From Candidatus Poribacteria bacterium (lineage in GTDB: Bacteria > Poribacteria > WGA-4E > WGA-3G), in the NCBI GenBank assembly GCA_963663765.2, contig CAXXUA010000015.1, positions 384,001-448,000 of the forward strand: DNA of 64,000 nucleotides. Reading direction: 5' to 3'. This document shows positions 30,961-41,050 of the stretch, one piece after another. Position 1 is the stretch's first letter, and each line of letters opens with the position of its first letter. The position numbers and the translations under genes were made by a program. Under the pieces are notes generated by a model, which made no database searches, had not been told where the DNA came from, and was given only the letters and a program-made list of their open reading frames with translations.

Positions 30961-32247
30961 TTATTCTTCAGATTTCATTAAACCGATGAGTAGATCTTCT
31001 TTTTCCAAAATTGCGCTTTTGGTTATTGAGATAATTGCATTACCATCACGAACTTGTTGCCACTTGCCAGTTACACCAATAAGCACTGTAAAAAGTTTTT
31101 CAGTTGAGTTGTTCTTTGATTCGGGTGCTTCAGATTTTGCTATGAGCGGATTTGCGTCCCAATTTGTAAATGTCATTGGTTCGCCATTGTCCCACAGTTT
31201 ATCACCATCTTTATCAATTTCAATGCAACCGATCCAATAGTTTTTTACACCAAAGACATCAAATATCCACTGTTGTTCCTCTTTATCGTTGATAGTTAGA
31301 AGGTGTGCATCGTGCTCCTTAGCAATATTAAGAGCTTCCTGAGGGGTCTGGCAATTAATCCTCTTATACGCATGCCTATTTGAAGGATTGATAGCCCACA
31401 TTCCTTCTATCTTTTTTTGTCGTGCCAATTGAACTATTTCCTGGTTAACATCTGGTACGCGCTTCTCTACAACTGGTACTTTTGGTATGATAAATTCTTC
31501 TTTGAACTTCAATGTAAGATCATCAATACTTTGTCCTTTTTTAAGCAGTATTTCTTTACTCTTTACAGTTTGATTTTGATATTGTATTGTTAATGTATAA
31601 TAAGCTTCATTGTTGACATAATATGTAAATTTTCCTTCAGCATCAAGTCTCCTACCTAAACTTGATCTACCTTTGCCCGTTCCTTTAACATTTCGTTGAT
31701 TCACTTGTAGCGTAATACTTGCATTGCTTAGTGGATTACCATCTGATGTGAGTACTTGACCACTTATACGCATCTTACGTCGAACAGATATTCTAACATT
31801 CTTTATATCATTATCTTCTTCAATACCAAAAGGAAATCCCATATTACTATGAAACATATATGGAACAAATTGAAATGATATCCCTTGAAAATCAATAAAA
31901 AGAACATCGTACCTATGTCCATGCTGCGGTAAGAGTTTTATCCAATTCACTGAACTTTTAGTTATGTTTTCAATTGCAAATGCACCTTTCGCATTAGTAG
32001 GACTCGGTTGAGGTGGTGGAAAAACAGGTTCAAGTCTGTTGACTTTCCTAATGGATGGATCAAACTTACCTTTAAATGACTCAATAGAGATAATGACATC
32101 TGTAACTGGTTGTCCCGATTCATCAATTACAATACCAGATATTGTCGCTGCGAATGAGCATCTTGTTGTAGTAACAATTGACAATAATAATCCAAGAATT
32201 AGTACAAATATTGTGAAGCAAATACGTTTCATTGTGTATTCCTCCAA
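30961..32247 (-). CDS. Secreted protein: carboxypeptidase-regulatory-like domains plus C-type lectin domain (paralog)
   Basis: ISGIVIDESGQPV, ISGQVLTSDGNPL; NRHAY...HLLTIND...YWIG...WDNGEPMTFTNW. Confidence 0.8.
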   Translation of the reverse strand: MEEYTMKRICFTIFVLILGLLLSIVTTTRCSFAATISGIVIDESGQPVTDVIISIESFKGKFDPSIRKVNRLEPVFPPPQPSPTNAKGAFAIENITKSSVNWIKLLPQHGHRYDVLFIDFQGISFQFVPYMFHSNMGFPFGIEEDNDIKNVRISVRRKMRISGQVLTSDGNPLSNASITLQVNQRNVKGTGKGRSSLGRRLDAEGKFTYYVNNEAYYTLTIQYQNQTVKSKEILLKKGQSIDDLTLKFKEEFIIPKVPVVEKRVPDVNQEIVQLARQKKIEGMWAINPSNRHAYKRINCQTPQEALNIAKEHDAHLLTINDKEEQQWIFDVFGVKNYWIGCIEIDKDGDKLWDNGEPMTFTNWDANPLIAKSEAPESKNNSTEKLFTVLIGVTGKWQQVRDGNAIISITKSAILEKEDLLIGLMKSEE

Positions 32248-32354
32248 CTGTTAGGTGTAACCAGGAAATATTGTGCTATATACTATAGTATTGTAATCAT
32301 TATACACATAATAGGAGAATATAGCAATGTGTTTATCACAGAGTTATTCAGCTT

Positions 32355-32491
32355 TATAGTAGATTATATAGTTATTCTTACACTTTCAGGTGTAGGAGGG
32401 AACTCCGATTCCCGACTATCAAGGCGTTCAGTCGCGATTCGGAGATCGCTCCTACAGAAGAAGTGTAAACTTAATTGTAAATTTCACTATA
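32355..32491. mobile_element. TA-flanked MITE-like element carrying a REP doublet
   Basis: Ends TATAGTAGATT.../...ATTTCACTATA; cargo GTAGGAGGGAACTCCGATTCCCGAC...GTCGCGATTCGGAGATCGCTCCTAC (32392-32455). Confidence 0.6.
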
Positions 32492-32826
32492 AGAATCTAT
32501 CGTTCTACCATTTAACTACATCTTAACTCATAAATCATAGGAGGTGTTTCTAACCCCGAAATACCAGATACACGTTCCAGTGAATTTAAGAGATACGGTG
32601 TAGTGTTCTTGTTGAGCAAAAGTTTAGAAATTTTTTGAATTGTTCTGATGAGGTAAATCTTGGTTCTCATAAAATCTTGAAAATTCTAATTTAGAAAAAA
32701 AACCTACTCATCTTTTCTGTAAGGAATGTCCAGAGTTCTTGTGTTGACACTATAAAATTATAACATTTCTATGATATTTTATTTAATTTGCTGCGGCAAT
32801 GTGGCAATGGGTGTGTAAAGTTTTTG

Positions 32827-32975
32827 CACCATAGGCGTCAATTTAAGAAAATATTGTTGTCATTTTTCTTGTGGGAGGGGTTTTCAACCCCGATTTGAGC
32901 GGAAATGCACTAAAAAATCGGGGTTGAAAACCCCTCCCACAAGAGGTGAAAATCCTTAAATTGACGCCTATGGTG
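32827..32975. mobile_element. MITE with 21-bp perfect TIR enclosing a REP-C doublet (REPIN-like)
   Basis: CACCATAGGCGTCAATTTAAG / CTTAAATTGACGCCTATGGTG; internal 29-bp perfect IR at 32868-32896 and 32915-32943. Confidence 0.75.
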
Positions 32976-33015
32976 TGTAAAGTTTTTGCACAGAGGTACA
33001 AACTTTTGTTCTCTT

Positions 33016-33170
33016 TAGTCCCGTAGGGACGCAATGTTTATAGAAAGACGTTATCACATCCCCTCTCTTTAGTTCCGTAGGAACGACATATAAGGATAAA
33101 CATACCGTCCCTACGGGACTAAAAAGACATGGGATATGTATTTCTATAAACATATCGTCCCTACGGGACT
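33016..33170. repeat. Four GTCCCGTAGGGACG-type palindromes (two forward, two reverse)
   Basis: TAGTCCCGTAGGGACG, TAGTTCCGTAGGAACG, CGTCCCTACGGGACT x2; ATGTTTATAGAAA/TTTCTATAAACAT also inverted. Confidence 0.75.
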
Positions 33171-33212
33171 GAAGAATATGGTAAATATTAACAATATTTC
33201 TTTATATTGACA

Positions 33213-33359
33213 CCTAATGAAGTTTGACAATCAAAATCGGTAGTTGAATTCGTAGGGGTTGGGTTCCCCAACCCGTTGGTTTTTGAGTTTGCGTAGATCA
33301 AGTGTGTGGGGAAACCACGCCCCTACGAATATACAACTTGAACGTCAAAACTCATTAGG
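33213..33359. mobile_element. MITE-like element enclosing a REP doublet
   Basis: Ends CCTAATGAAGTTTGAC / GTCAAAACTCATTAGG; cargo GTAGGGGTTGGGTTCCCCAACCC...GGGAAACCACGCCCCTAC (33252-33326). Confidence 0.6.
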
Positions 33360-33783
33360 ACTCTGTGTCCGCAATCTCTCATTTAATCAGTTGCGGCGGG
33401 GCACAGAGACCCGGGGAATGCCTAAATGGCATTCATACCGTTGTTTTCTTGATTTCTTGATTTCTTGATTTCGCCCTACAATGGAGAGTGGGATGTTTGT
33501 GCAAATACTGTACACACCCTGTGGCAATGTGGCAATGTGGCAATCATGTTGATGTTACCTTCCGGTCTCGACCGAAGGTCGAATCAACGGTATAAATGCC
33601 ATTTAGACATTCCCCGCTTACAGAAGAGAAGTCTTCCAACCAGTAATTACAATGAAATTCCTTATTGAGACATTATTTATTAGAATTGGTGTATTATAAA
33701 AAATCATTGCATCAAAAAATCCAGTTTGCTAAAATAGTTTCTGATATAACTAATACAATGTCCTTGAAAAGGGGAAATATAAT

Positions 33784-34347
33784 ATGCGTAGAAGTTTTTT
33801 GATTATGACTGCGTCGTTATTTTTTTTATGTGCAGTGATAACATTTGGAATTCGTTCAGTAGACAGTCAGAACGAAATAGTAGAACGAGGTAAGTATCTT
33901 GTTGATGCTGTTGCTGCATGTGGTTATTGTCATACGCCTCGCGTTGGAGCAGAATACAATATGAAAATGTACCTTGCTGGACATCCATCAGAAGAATCTT
34001 TTCCTCGCTATAATTTTAACATGATGCAGCAGAACATTTTTCTATTAACATCTCCACAGTTAAGTGCTTTTTCCGGTCCTTTTGGTACAAGTTTTGCATC
34101 TAATTTAACTCCAGACAAAGAAACTGGTTTAGGAGAATGGACAGAAAAGATGTTTATTGATGCCATGCGAACTGGAAAACATCAAGGAAATCCTACTAAT
34201 CGGAATATATTCCCACCCATGCCTAATAAACACTATGCCTTGATGAAAGATGCTGATCTTAAAGCGATATGGGCGTATCTTAAGACAATTAAACCCGTAA
34301 AAAACGATGTCAGTCCGGTATTGAATAGACTTGGTAGACCCTTTTAA
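33784..34347 (+). CDS. Mono-heme cytochrome c
   Basis: Signal peptide; ERGKYLV...CGYCHTP; SNLTPDKETGLGEWT; PPMP axial Met. Confidence 0.85.
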   Translation: MRRSFLIMTASLFFLCAVITFGIRSVDSQNEIVERGKYLVDAVAACGYCHTPRVGAEYNMKMYLAGHPSEESFPRYNFNMMQQNIFLLTSPQLSAFSGPFGTSFASNLTPDKETGLGEWTEKMFIDAMRTGKHQGNPTNRNIFPPMPNKHYALMKDADLKAIWAYLKTIKPVKNDVSPVLNRLGRPF

Positions 34348-34537
34348 ATTCGGTAATCACTATTATCAAAAGACACACTTGACATAAATTGTAATGTAAA
34401 CAAGACTTACTCATTTTCTCTTAAAGTCCCTTGATAAGGGAGTAGGGTTCCCATAGCAATAGCGTATGGGAGAGTAGGGGTTAAAAAGACTAAAAACACT
34501 GAAATAACGCACTATTTAACCTCCCTTCACACCTTAT

Positions 34538-34962
34538 ATGTAGATTAATTTATTAGATTAATTTATTAATTAGGTAATAGAATATTTCTCACACGGTAAG
34601 TGTGCTTTATAGTAAACTTTGAAATTATTAGGGCACTTTAATAAATCTATTTTGGAACATAACGGAGAATAGAAGTTGTAATACAGACTGTTAGTTTGTG
34701 TAAAAAGAGCGCAAACTAACAGTTTACGCTACAAAGGTGTCCCATTAATTATATGTTTTTCTATATAAGCGAGCCGTTGGGACTTGATGTGCCAGCGCCA
34801 AATCAATAAATCAACGGTATGAATGCCTTTTGGCATTCACCGGGTATGAATGTCTATTGGCATTTCCCAGGTATGAATACCTTTTGGCGTTCCCCGCCTA
34901 CAAAGCACGCTTACCGAGGAGGGGTTACTTAGAATTACCGATTCGAATTTATTAATTTTCAT
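34538..34962. mobile_element. Inverted copy of the REP-array carrier element, interrupted by a TA-flanked MITE (about 34608-34767)
   Basis: About 34555-34608 is the reverse complement of 10550-10605. The REP-A hairpin GTGTGCTTT|TAAGCG is split by an insert bounded by TATAGTAAAC.../...TTTCTATATA. Confidence 0.65.
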
Positions 34963-35016
34963 TCAAAGATGAATGCGAAAGTCCTCGTAAATAATAAATT
35001 GGAGAAAATACTTCCT

Positions 35017-36081
35017 ATGGCTACAAATAAAAAACATGTGCGCGTTGCTGTTGTTGGGATGGGTATCGGTAGACCTAACGGTGCAGCATTGTCTCGCAAT
35101 CCGAGAGGAAAAGTTGTTGCTCTGTGTGATCTTGTTGAAGACCGAATGAAAGGTTTTGCAACGGATTTACCGGGGAATATCAAACTGTACACAGATTACA
35201 AAGAGATGTGTAAAGCATCTGATATTGATGCGGTTTTTGTCGGTACGCCGAATCAATGGCATGTGCCGGTTGCGTTGGAAGCGGTGCGAAATGGTAAACA
35301 TGTGTTGGTAACCAAACCGTTAGCGGATACTGAGGAAGCTGCAGCGAAGTTGGTTAAAGAAGCTGAGGCGGCGGGAGTGGTCAACATGATGTCTCTTTCA
35401 ACCCGTTTTGGTCATAGCTGCCAACACCTTGGTAAACTCGCCAGTGAGAATTACTTCGGTGAATTGTATTATGCGCGTGCACGTAGTATTAGACGAAGTG
35501 GAATACCTGCTTGGAATCTTGGATTCATTCAGAAAGGTGGCGGTGCATTTCGCGATATGGGAGTGCATGTACTTGATGCAGTCTGGTGGATAATAGGTAT
35601 GCCGAAACCTGTTTCTGTGCTGGGAGCAGCGGGTGCGAAATTCGGACCTCGCGGTCTTGGTTATTGGAACCGGTCAAAACCTCCGAAAGAAACTTATGAG
35701 AAATATGATTCTGATGATTATGCTGGGGGGTTTATTACCTTTGAAAATGGCATAGGGTTACAGGTGGAAAGTTTTTGGGCATCTCATCAACCCGGAGAAT
35801 TCCAGATAGAATTGTTCGGGACTGAAGCAGGTGCTACTCTAAGTCCATTGAAAGCCTACCGTACTGACAAGAAAAATGAGTTTGAGGATATAGATATAAA
35901 ACTACCGAAGAGTAAGTATAATGAAGCCTGGGATGCAATTGCTGACAATTTCATTGAAGCTATATTAGATGGTGTTGAATGCAAAGCTCCGCTTCGTCAT
36001 GGACTAATTGTGCAAAGAATGATGGAAGGCTTATTGAAAAGTGGTGAGACAGGACGTGAAGTCCATCTTGAGGTAGAATAG
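35017..36081 (+). CDS. Gfo/Idh/MocA oxidoreductase
   Basis: VAVVGMG, TPNQWH, HVLVTKP, GGGAFRDMGVH; start at 35017 after GGAG. Confidence 0.9.
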   Translation: MATNKKHVRVAVVGMGIGRPNGAALSRNPRGKVVALCDLVEDRMKGFATDLPGNIKLYTDYKEMCKASDIDAVFVGTPNQWHVPVALEAVRNGKHVLVTKPLADTEEAAAKLVKEAEAAGVVNMMSLSTRFGHSCQHLGKLASENYFGELYYARARSIRRSGIPAWNLGFIQKGGGAFRDMGVHVLDAVWWIIGMPKPVSVLGAAGAKFGPRGLGYWNRSKPPKETYEKYDSDDYAGGFITFENGIGLQVESFWASHQPGEFQIELFGTEAGATLSPLKAYRTDKKNEFEDIDIKLPKSKYNEAWDAIADNFIEAILDGVECKAPLRHGLIVQRMMEGLLKSGETGREVHLEVE

Positions 36082-36083
36082 GT

Positions 36084-36788
36084 ATGAAGGTGAATTTAGC
36101 AAAACTACATGATGACTTTAGTCAGAATGGATATGCAATCGTACCGAATCTGTATACTCGAGATGAGGTGCAAAGTTTAAAGTTGGAGTCTATCAACATT
36201 CTGGAGGCAGTTAGGAAAGAGACAGGGGCAGCTGCTGGACACGGTGTTCACGTTGGTTTAGCTGCAAGCAGTACTGTCTTTCAAGAAGCAGTCGGTGACT
36301 CTCGGATACTGGATATTTTAGAAGTAATCCTCGCACCGAATATTGAGTTCTTGAGCGATAAGGTTGTTTTCAAGAGCGATTCGATGACCTTTGCAAGTCC
36401 GTGGCACCAAGATTGGCACTATTGGCACGGTGCGCATAAACTCTCAATATGGGTTGCACTTGATGATGCCAAAATTGAAAATGGGTGTTTAAAGCTATTT
36501 CCCGGTTCACACAAATCTGCAATCGTACATGATGGTGATGCCAGTGACGGACATGGGTTTGGAAACCGTTTACGTCCTGACGCTGTTGATGAAAACCTTG
36601 CTATCACTGCGGAATTGGAAGCGGGAGGTGCAGTCTTTTTTCATGATTTGACTCTACATGCAAGCCATCCGAACCGTTCAGGTGCGGAACGGTGGGTATG
36701 GATTCCCACTTACCGTGATGCAAAAGCCGAAGATATGGATTATCCGTGGGCAGTTGCAGCAAAGGTCTTACGCGGAAAAAAGGGATAA
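36084..36788 (+). CDS. Phytanoyl-CoA dioxygenase (PhyH) family protein
   Basis: PWHQD, WVALDDA..ENGCL, HAS..N.S...R. Confidence 0.9.
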   Translation: MKVNLAKLHDDFSQNGYAIVPNLYTRDEVQSLKLESINILEAVRKETGAAAGHGVHVGLAASSTVFQEAVGDSRILDILEVILAPNIEFLSDKVVFKSDSMTFASPWHQDWHYWHGAHKLSIWVALDDAKIENGCLKLFPGSHKSAIVHDGDASDGHGFGNRLRPDAVDENLAITAELEAGGAVFFHDLTLHASHPNRSGAERWVWIPTYRDAKAEDMDYPWAVAAKVLRGKKG

Positions 36789-36831
36789 CAATTTCATAGG
36801 ATTTAAGATATAGAAAACGAAAAGGAGATGT

Positions 36832-37686
36832 ATGTATAAAAATCTAAGTACGGGTGCAATCGGTATTCGTGCTGGTATGAAAGACGGTTTAGCATTAGCA
36901 AAAGAGGCTGGTTTTGAAGGGCTTGACCTAAATATCGGTGAAGCAGCTCAACTTGCTGAAGAACACTCTGTTGAATATGTCAAAGAGTTGTGGCAAGAGG
37001 CAGGTATTGCTATGGGTGGTTGGGGATTCGGAGTAAATTGGCGCGGTTCAATTTCTGATTTCTTTGCAGGATTGTCACAATTACCTGCACGTGCTGAACT
37101 TGCAGCAGAACTCGGTTGTTTCCGAACGACTACCGTTGTGGGTCCCGCTTCAAACGATATGACATTTCAAGAGAATTGGAATTTCTCTGTTAAAAGACTT
37201 CGTGCAGTTGCAGAAATACTCAATGCACATGGACATTCAATAGGACTCGAGTTTATTGGACCTGCGACAAGCAGGAAAGCAGCAAAACACTTGTTTGCTT
37301 ATACAATGGATGCGATGTTAGGACTGTCAGCTGCAATTGGTACTGGTAATGTTGGTCTACTTTTTGATACATGGCATTGGTATACCTGTCGTTCCACTGT
37401 TGATGATGTGCGTAAACTTTCTGCATCTGATGTTGTATATGTCCACATCAACGATGCACCTGCAGGTATTGATCCTGACGAACAGATTGACAATATCCGT
37501 TGTCTTCCTGCTAAAACCGGGGTAATACCTCTGACAGAATTAATGCAAATCCTTGATGGTATCGGTTATGATGGACCTGTAACCCCTGAACCTTTCAGTA
37601 AAAAGCTTAGCGAAATGGAACCAGCACACGCTGCGAAAGCTACTGCTGAATCTCTCAACCAAGTGTGGAAGAATGCTGGACTGTAA
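36832..37686 (+). CDS. Sugar phosphate isomerase/epimerase (xylose isomerase-like TIM barrel)
   Basis: GLEF, DTWHW, VHINDA, R.LP..G, GYDGPVTPE. Confidence 0.88.
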   Translation: MYKNLSTGAIGIRAGMKDGLALAKEAGFEGLDLNIGEAAQLAEEHSVEYVKELWQEAGIAMGGWGFGVNWRGSISDFFAGLSQLPARAELAAELGCFRTTTVVGPASNDMTFQENWNFSVKRLRAVAEILNAHGHSIGLEFIGPATSRKAAKHLFAYTMDAMLGLSAAIGTGNVGLLFDTWHWYTCRSTVDDVRKLSASDVVYVHINDAPAGIDPDEQIDNIRCLPAKTGVIPLTELMQILDGIGYDGPVTPEPFSKKLSEMEPAHAAKATAESLNQVWKNAGL

Positions 37687-37715
37687 GAAAAATGACTTAA
37701 ACGGAAGGAACATTA

Positions 37716-38522
37716 GTGCAACTAATCAATGAGGAAAACATTTTAGCTATCACACATAAATGGGAAGGTGATCGATTTCCTGACGGTCGTCCCCGGGTTC
37801 CCGACGATATTCTAAAACGGATGAAGGCAATTAGTATTGAACAAGCATGGGGTGTCTTGCATGGTAATGGGTATAGATTTCAGTTTGCAGGAGATTGGAT
37901 GAATCTCCATCCTGATCGTATCCTTGTTGGTCGAGCAGTAACATGTGCTTTTGTACCTATTCGTCCTGACTTTAATGATGCAGTTTCAGCTCAGGGTGAA
38001 AAAGATGGACGCGTTGGTGGACAGAATTCGTGGGTAATTGACACGCTTGTTCATGATGATGTCATCGTCGTGGATCTGTTTGGAAAGGTTAAAGATGGCA
38101 CTTTTGCGGGTGATAATCTCGGTAATTCAATCTACGCAAAAACTAGGACCGGCATGGTGATTGACGGTGGGATACGTGATCTGGATGGTATATATGAATT
38201 ACCCGATTTTGCGACTTATGTTCGGGGTGTTGACCCAACAGGTATAGCAAATGTTACACTCACAGGAATAAACATTCCTATCCGTATCGGTGAAGCGACC
38301 ATTTTGCCAGGTGATGTTGTATTAGGTAGGCGCGGCGGTGTCATCTTCATTCCTCCGCACTTTGCACAGCAGGTTGTTGAACGTGGTGAAGAGGTGCAGC
38401 TCCGTGATCGATTTGGACACCAACGATTACGCGAGGGTATTTACACCCCTGGCGAAATTGATCGAAAATGGTCAGATGAGATTGAGAAAGACTTTGCTGA
38501 TTGGCGTAACAATCAGAAATAG
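37716..38522 (+). CDS. RraA / HMG aldolase-family protein
   Basis: LVGRAVT, GDNL, VIDGGIRD, PGDVVLG..GGVIFIP. Confidence 0.85.
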   Translation: MQLINEENILAITHKWEGDRFPDGRPRVPDDILKRMKAISIEQAWGVLHGNGYRFQFAGDWMNLHPDRILVGRAVTCAFVPIRPDFNDAVSAQGEKDGRVGGQNSWVIDTLVHDDVIVVDLFGKVKDGTFAGDNLGNSIYAKTRTGMVIDGGIRDLDGIYELPDFATYVRGVDPTGIANVTLTGINIPIRIGEATILPGDVVLGRRGGVIFIPPHFAQQVVERGEEVQLRDRFGHQRLREGIYTPGEIDRKWSDEIEKDFADWRNNQK

Positions 38523-38564
38523 ATTATGTCTTAAATGATGGCTTTCTGCTGAAGGATATTCATA

Positions 38565-39275
38565 TTGCGTGACTATGGTGTGATTATTGGACATTTGAAG
38601 CGATTAGATCTATCTGTGAATTTGATAGGTGCTGTTAACGATTATCCGATACATCTGTTTCAACTTGAGTCCTTTACGCACAATCCCAAAAAGATACTGA
38701 TTACGGGTGGTGTGCATGGTGATGAACCTGCAGGCGTAGAAGCAGTGTTACAATTCTTAGCACGTGACAATACCGAACTTCTGAAGCGATTCTCATTTAT
38801 TGTTATTCCGTGTGTTAATCCATACGGTTATGTACACGAGACACGAGAGAATAGCGATGGAATAGATATTAACCGTTCTTTTGAAGATGAACAGGTAAGT
38901 GAAGTTGATATCTTAAAACGGGCTATTGGTCAAACCCAATTTACGTTAGCGATAGATTTCCACGAAGATTACGAAGCAACAGGATTTTACCTTTATGAAG
39001 GAAACCGAGATGGACAGTATCTCGGACCAAAGATTGTCAATGTTGTAAAGAATATAGGTCCAATAGATTCCGAGGAATTTGACAAAGAAGCACCAGGTAT
39101 TGCTGAAGGTGTTTACAAGGTTTCATCTGAATGGGGCACACAAGGTTTAGTACCCTACCTATTACATTACCACAGCGAACATGTTATCATCACAGAAACA
39201 CCGACAGTGTGGCCGCTTGAACAACGTGCAGCTTTGCATTTAGGTGTTTTAGACTCCGCTTTATCATACTATTAA
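38565..39275 (+). CDS. M14 metallocarboxypeptidase / succinylglutamate desuccinylase-aspartoacylase family
   Basis: GGVHGDEPAG, NPYG, DINRSF, IDFHED, ETP. Confidence 0.88.
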   Translation: MRDYGVIIGHLKRLDLSVNLIGAVNDYPIHLFQLESFTHNPKKILITGGVHGDEPAGVEAVLQFLARDNTELLKRFSFIVIPCVNPYGYVHETRENSDGIDINRSFEDEQVSEVDILKRAIGQTQFTLAIDFHEDYEATGFYLYEGNRDGQYLGPKIVNVVKNIGPIDSEEFDKEAPGIAEGVYKVSSEWGTQGLVPYLLHYHSEHVIITETPTVWPLEQRAALHLGVLDSALSYY

Positions 39276-39288
39276 TAAAGAAATACCT

Positions 39289-40548
39289 ATGGAAACACAA
39301 TCTATATTATCGAATGTGGAAACTGCTTCTCATCCATCTGGACTGAAGATCACTGACATGCGTATCGTCCGAACTCAAGTTGGTGGACCGATCCTGAGAC
39401 TTGACACGAATCAAGGTATACATGGTTTGGGTGAGGTACGTGACGCTGCTAGTCCTACCTATGCATTGATGCTCAAAAGCAGACTGTTAGGTGAAAATCC
39501 CTGTAATGTTGATAAGATCTTTCGGAAGATAAAACAGTTTGGACATCATGCTCGACAAGGTGGGGGTGTATGTAGTATTGAAATGGCACTTATGGATCTT
39601 GCTGGTAAAGCTTATGGGGTACCGTGTTATCAACTTGTTGGTGGTAAATTCCGTGATAGAATTCGGTGTTATAGTGACACACCGTCCCTAAAAGATGCGG
39701 AAGCAATGGGCAACAAACTGCAAGAACGAATTGACAGAGGATTCACCTTCCTGAAGATGGATGTTGGTGTTGGGTTACTCCGTGACATATCAGGGACCCT
39801 CTCCGCACCAGACGGACATTTAAGTAATCACAATTTGATGCATCCGTTTACCGGTATCCGTCTGACAGAAAAAGGCATCGGCGTGCTGTGTGAATATGTA
39901 GAGACGGTTCGGGATATAATTGGATATGAAATACCTCTTGCAGTTGACCATTTTGGTCATATTGGCATTGAAGATTGCATTCGTCTTGCAAGAGCATTAG
40001 AGAAGTATAACCTTGCATGGTTAGAAGATATGGTGCCGTGGCAATATACTGACCAATATGTCCGTCTATCAAATTCATGTGCAACACCTATTTGCACAGG
40101 TGAGGACATTTATTGTAAAGAGGGATTCATGCCACTGTTTAAGAAAAGTGCGATTGCTATCTGCCATCCCGACATTGCAACATCGGGTGGTATTTTGGAG
40201 ACGAAGAAGATTGGCGACCTTGCTGAAGAGCATGGTATTGCAATGGCACTTCACATGGCAGGTACACCTGTCTGTGCAATGGCAAGTGTTCACTGTGCTG
40301 CAGCAACATCCAATTTTTTGGTTTTGGAGAATCATTCCTTTGATAATCCTTGGTGGGATGAAATGGTAACTGGATTATCTAATCCGATTATCCAAGATGG
40401 TTATATTGCGGTTCCTGAATCACCCGGTTTGGGTATTGAACTTATTGAGGAAGTCATAAAAGAACATCTGCATTCAATGGAGACAGGTTATTTTGTACCA
40501 ACAACTGAATGGGACGATGAACGTTCACATGATAGGTTGTGGAGTTAG
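39289..40548 (+). CDS. Mandelate racemase/muconate lactonizing (enolase superfamily) enzyme
   Basis: IEMALMDLAGKAYGVP, LKMD, AVDH, WLED, TGED, PGLG. Confidence 0.9.
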   Translation: METQSILSNVETASHPSGLKITDMRIVRTQVGGPILRLDTNQGIHGLGEVRDAASPTYALMLKSRLLGENPCNVDKIFRKIKQFGHHARQGGGVCSIEMALMDLAGKAYGVPCYQLVGGKFRDRIRCYSDTPSLKDAEAMGNKLQERIDRGFTFLKMDVGVGLLRDISGTLSAPDGHLSNHNLMHPFTGIRLTEKGIGVLCEYVETVRDIIGYEIPLAVDHFGHIGIEDCIRLARALEKYNLAWLEDMVPWQYTDQYVRLSNSCATPICTGEDIYCKEGFMPLFKKSAIAICHPDIATSGGILETKKIGDLAEEHGIAMALHMAGTPVCAMASVHCAAATSNFLVLENHSFDNPWWDEMVTGLSNPIIQDGYIAVPESPGLGIELIEEVIKEHLHSMETGYFVPTTEWDDERSHDRLWS

Positions 40549-40558
40549 GTTTTCCGTA

Positions 40559-41050
40559 TTAGTATGGGAAGACATCCGTGAGTCTTGTGCCACAGCGCGC
40601 TGTCTTAATTTCATAAGAATTACCATTAAAATATATTCCTGAGTGATCTTTTTTTAGTTGTGTGACCTCTGCTCTACTAATGGAATTGTGAAACAAAATG
40701 GGACGACAGATGCTTTCTAAATTAATTGGAGAATAAGAAGCTGCTATGACAGCACCAGCTTTTAATTGTTTTACTGCTTTTGACGCTTCAGCGTTTTTAC
40801 CACCTTTTAGTTCTATTAAAACCACTACAAGTTTCGCATCGTTATCAAAATAGAAGAGTATACATTCACATTGGTTTTCTCCTTGGCGACCATGGGGAAA
40901 AACTTTATCCAGATCCACAACAACTCTATTTTCTTCTGCGATACCAGTTAGATTTACACTACAATTCCTTTTTTTGAACAAACTACCATAAAAAAGGTTT
41001 TTTCTTCCAACACGATTTCGAATTTCATCAAGTATTGCACTCCTATTCAC
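40559..41050 (-). CDS. Small putative PD-(D/E)xK-like nuclease, partner of the ATPase
   Basis: QCECILF...LIELKGG...KAVKQL; 8-bp overlap with the upstream ATPase gene. Confidence 0.55.
   Translation of the reverse strand: MNRSAILDEIRNRVGRKNLFYGSLFKKRNCSVNLTGIAEENRVVVDLDKVFPHGRQGENQCECILFYFDNDAKLVVVLIELKGGKNAEASKAVKQLKAGAVIAASYSPINLESICRPILFHNSISRAEVTQLKKDHSGIYFNGNSYEIKTARCGTRLTDVFPY

Larger units (their letters stand above)
32809..33519. mobile_element. Composite nested MITE/REP cluster inserted in a (GTGGCAAT)n repeat
   Basis: Ends GGGTGTGTAAAGTTTTTGCAC / GTGCAAATACTGTACACACCC; GTGGCAAT repeats on both sides. Confidence 0.55.

Noticed and set aside
29450-32247. Diversity-generating retroelement targets
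   Set aside because: No reverse transcriptase and no near-identical TR/VR pair seen in the window.
32843-33668. Short ORFs in the repeat cluster
   Set aside because: Composed of REP/MITE sequence, with no coding signature.
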